Assembly: GCF_003334815.1 (NCBI RefSeq)
Contig: NZ_QOWO01000004.1
Length of the DNA: 64,000 nt
Source: Escherichia coli
Lineage (GTDB): Bacteria; Pseudomonadota; Gammaproteobacteria; Enterobacterales; Enterobacteriaceae
Direction: 5' to 3' (one strand)
The translations under genes and the position numbers were made by a program. Below are positions 63,863 to 64,000 of this stretch, in pieces. Position 1 is the first letter of the stretch. Each line of letters opens with the position of its first letter. Under the pieces are notes generated by a model. It did no database searches and was not told the origin of the DNA. It was given only the letters and a program-made list of their open reading frames with translations.

Positions 63863-64000
63863 TTATACCTGCTCTGCGTTCAATGCCTGCGCCCACTGGC
63901 GGGCAGACCGTTCAAGTAATGTGTACACCGCTGCAAACGTTTCCCGGCTTTTGCGATACGGATCGGGGATTTCACATTCGTTATCCCAGTGACCAAACAG
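63863..64000 (-). CDS. wzb: low-MW protein-tyrosine phosphatase Wzb, C-terminal 45 codons only (gene runs off the window)
   Basis: Minus-strand translation ...LFGHWDNECEIPDPYRKSRETFAAVYTLLERSARQWAQALNAEQV with stop at 63863-63865, 2 nt before the wzc start. Confidence 0.85.
   Translation of the reverse strand: MFGHWDNECEIPDPYRKSRETFAAVYTLLERSARQWAQALNAEQV

Overview
This window reads as an Escherichia coli-type chromosomal segment running from a prophage-edge region into the his / O-antigen / colanic-acid locus. Left to right: a small YeeW-like ORF; a badly decayed IS110-family transposase pseudogene; a complete 1954-bp IS100 (IS21 family) with a 5-bp target duplication but a nonsense codon in istB; a yoeF-like gene fragment; yeeX, yeeA, sbmC (with an in-frame amber codon), dacD, sbcB, yeeD, yeeE, plaP, yeeY, yeeZ; the hisL leader plus attenuator and hisGDCBHAFI; then on the minus strand wzzB, ugd and gnd. 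Between gnd and galF (about 26.2-41.0 kb) lies an AT-rich serotype-specific O-antigen cluster: rmlBDAC, wzx, a UDP-GlcNAc 2-epimerase, four glycosyltransferases, wzy, two decayed H-repeat (ISAs1-family) copies, a perfect 15-copy heptanucleotide tandem repeat, and a membrane sulfatase-family gene next to gnd. After galF comes the complete colanic-acid cluster (wcaM through wcaA, wzc, start of wzb) with REP clusters between operon segments. I found no convincing evidence of a novel defence, secretion or toxin system. The parts worth a second look are the O-antigen cluster architecture and several point lesions in otherwise conserved genes (sbmC, istB, hisL). All family and gene assignments are from reading the translations against remembered protein families; no database search was possible.
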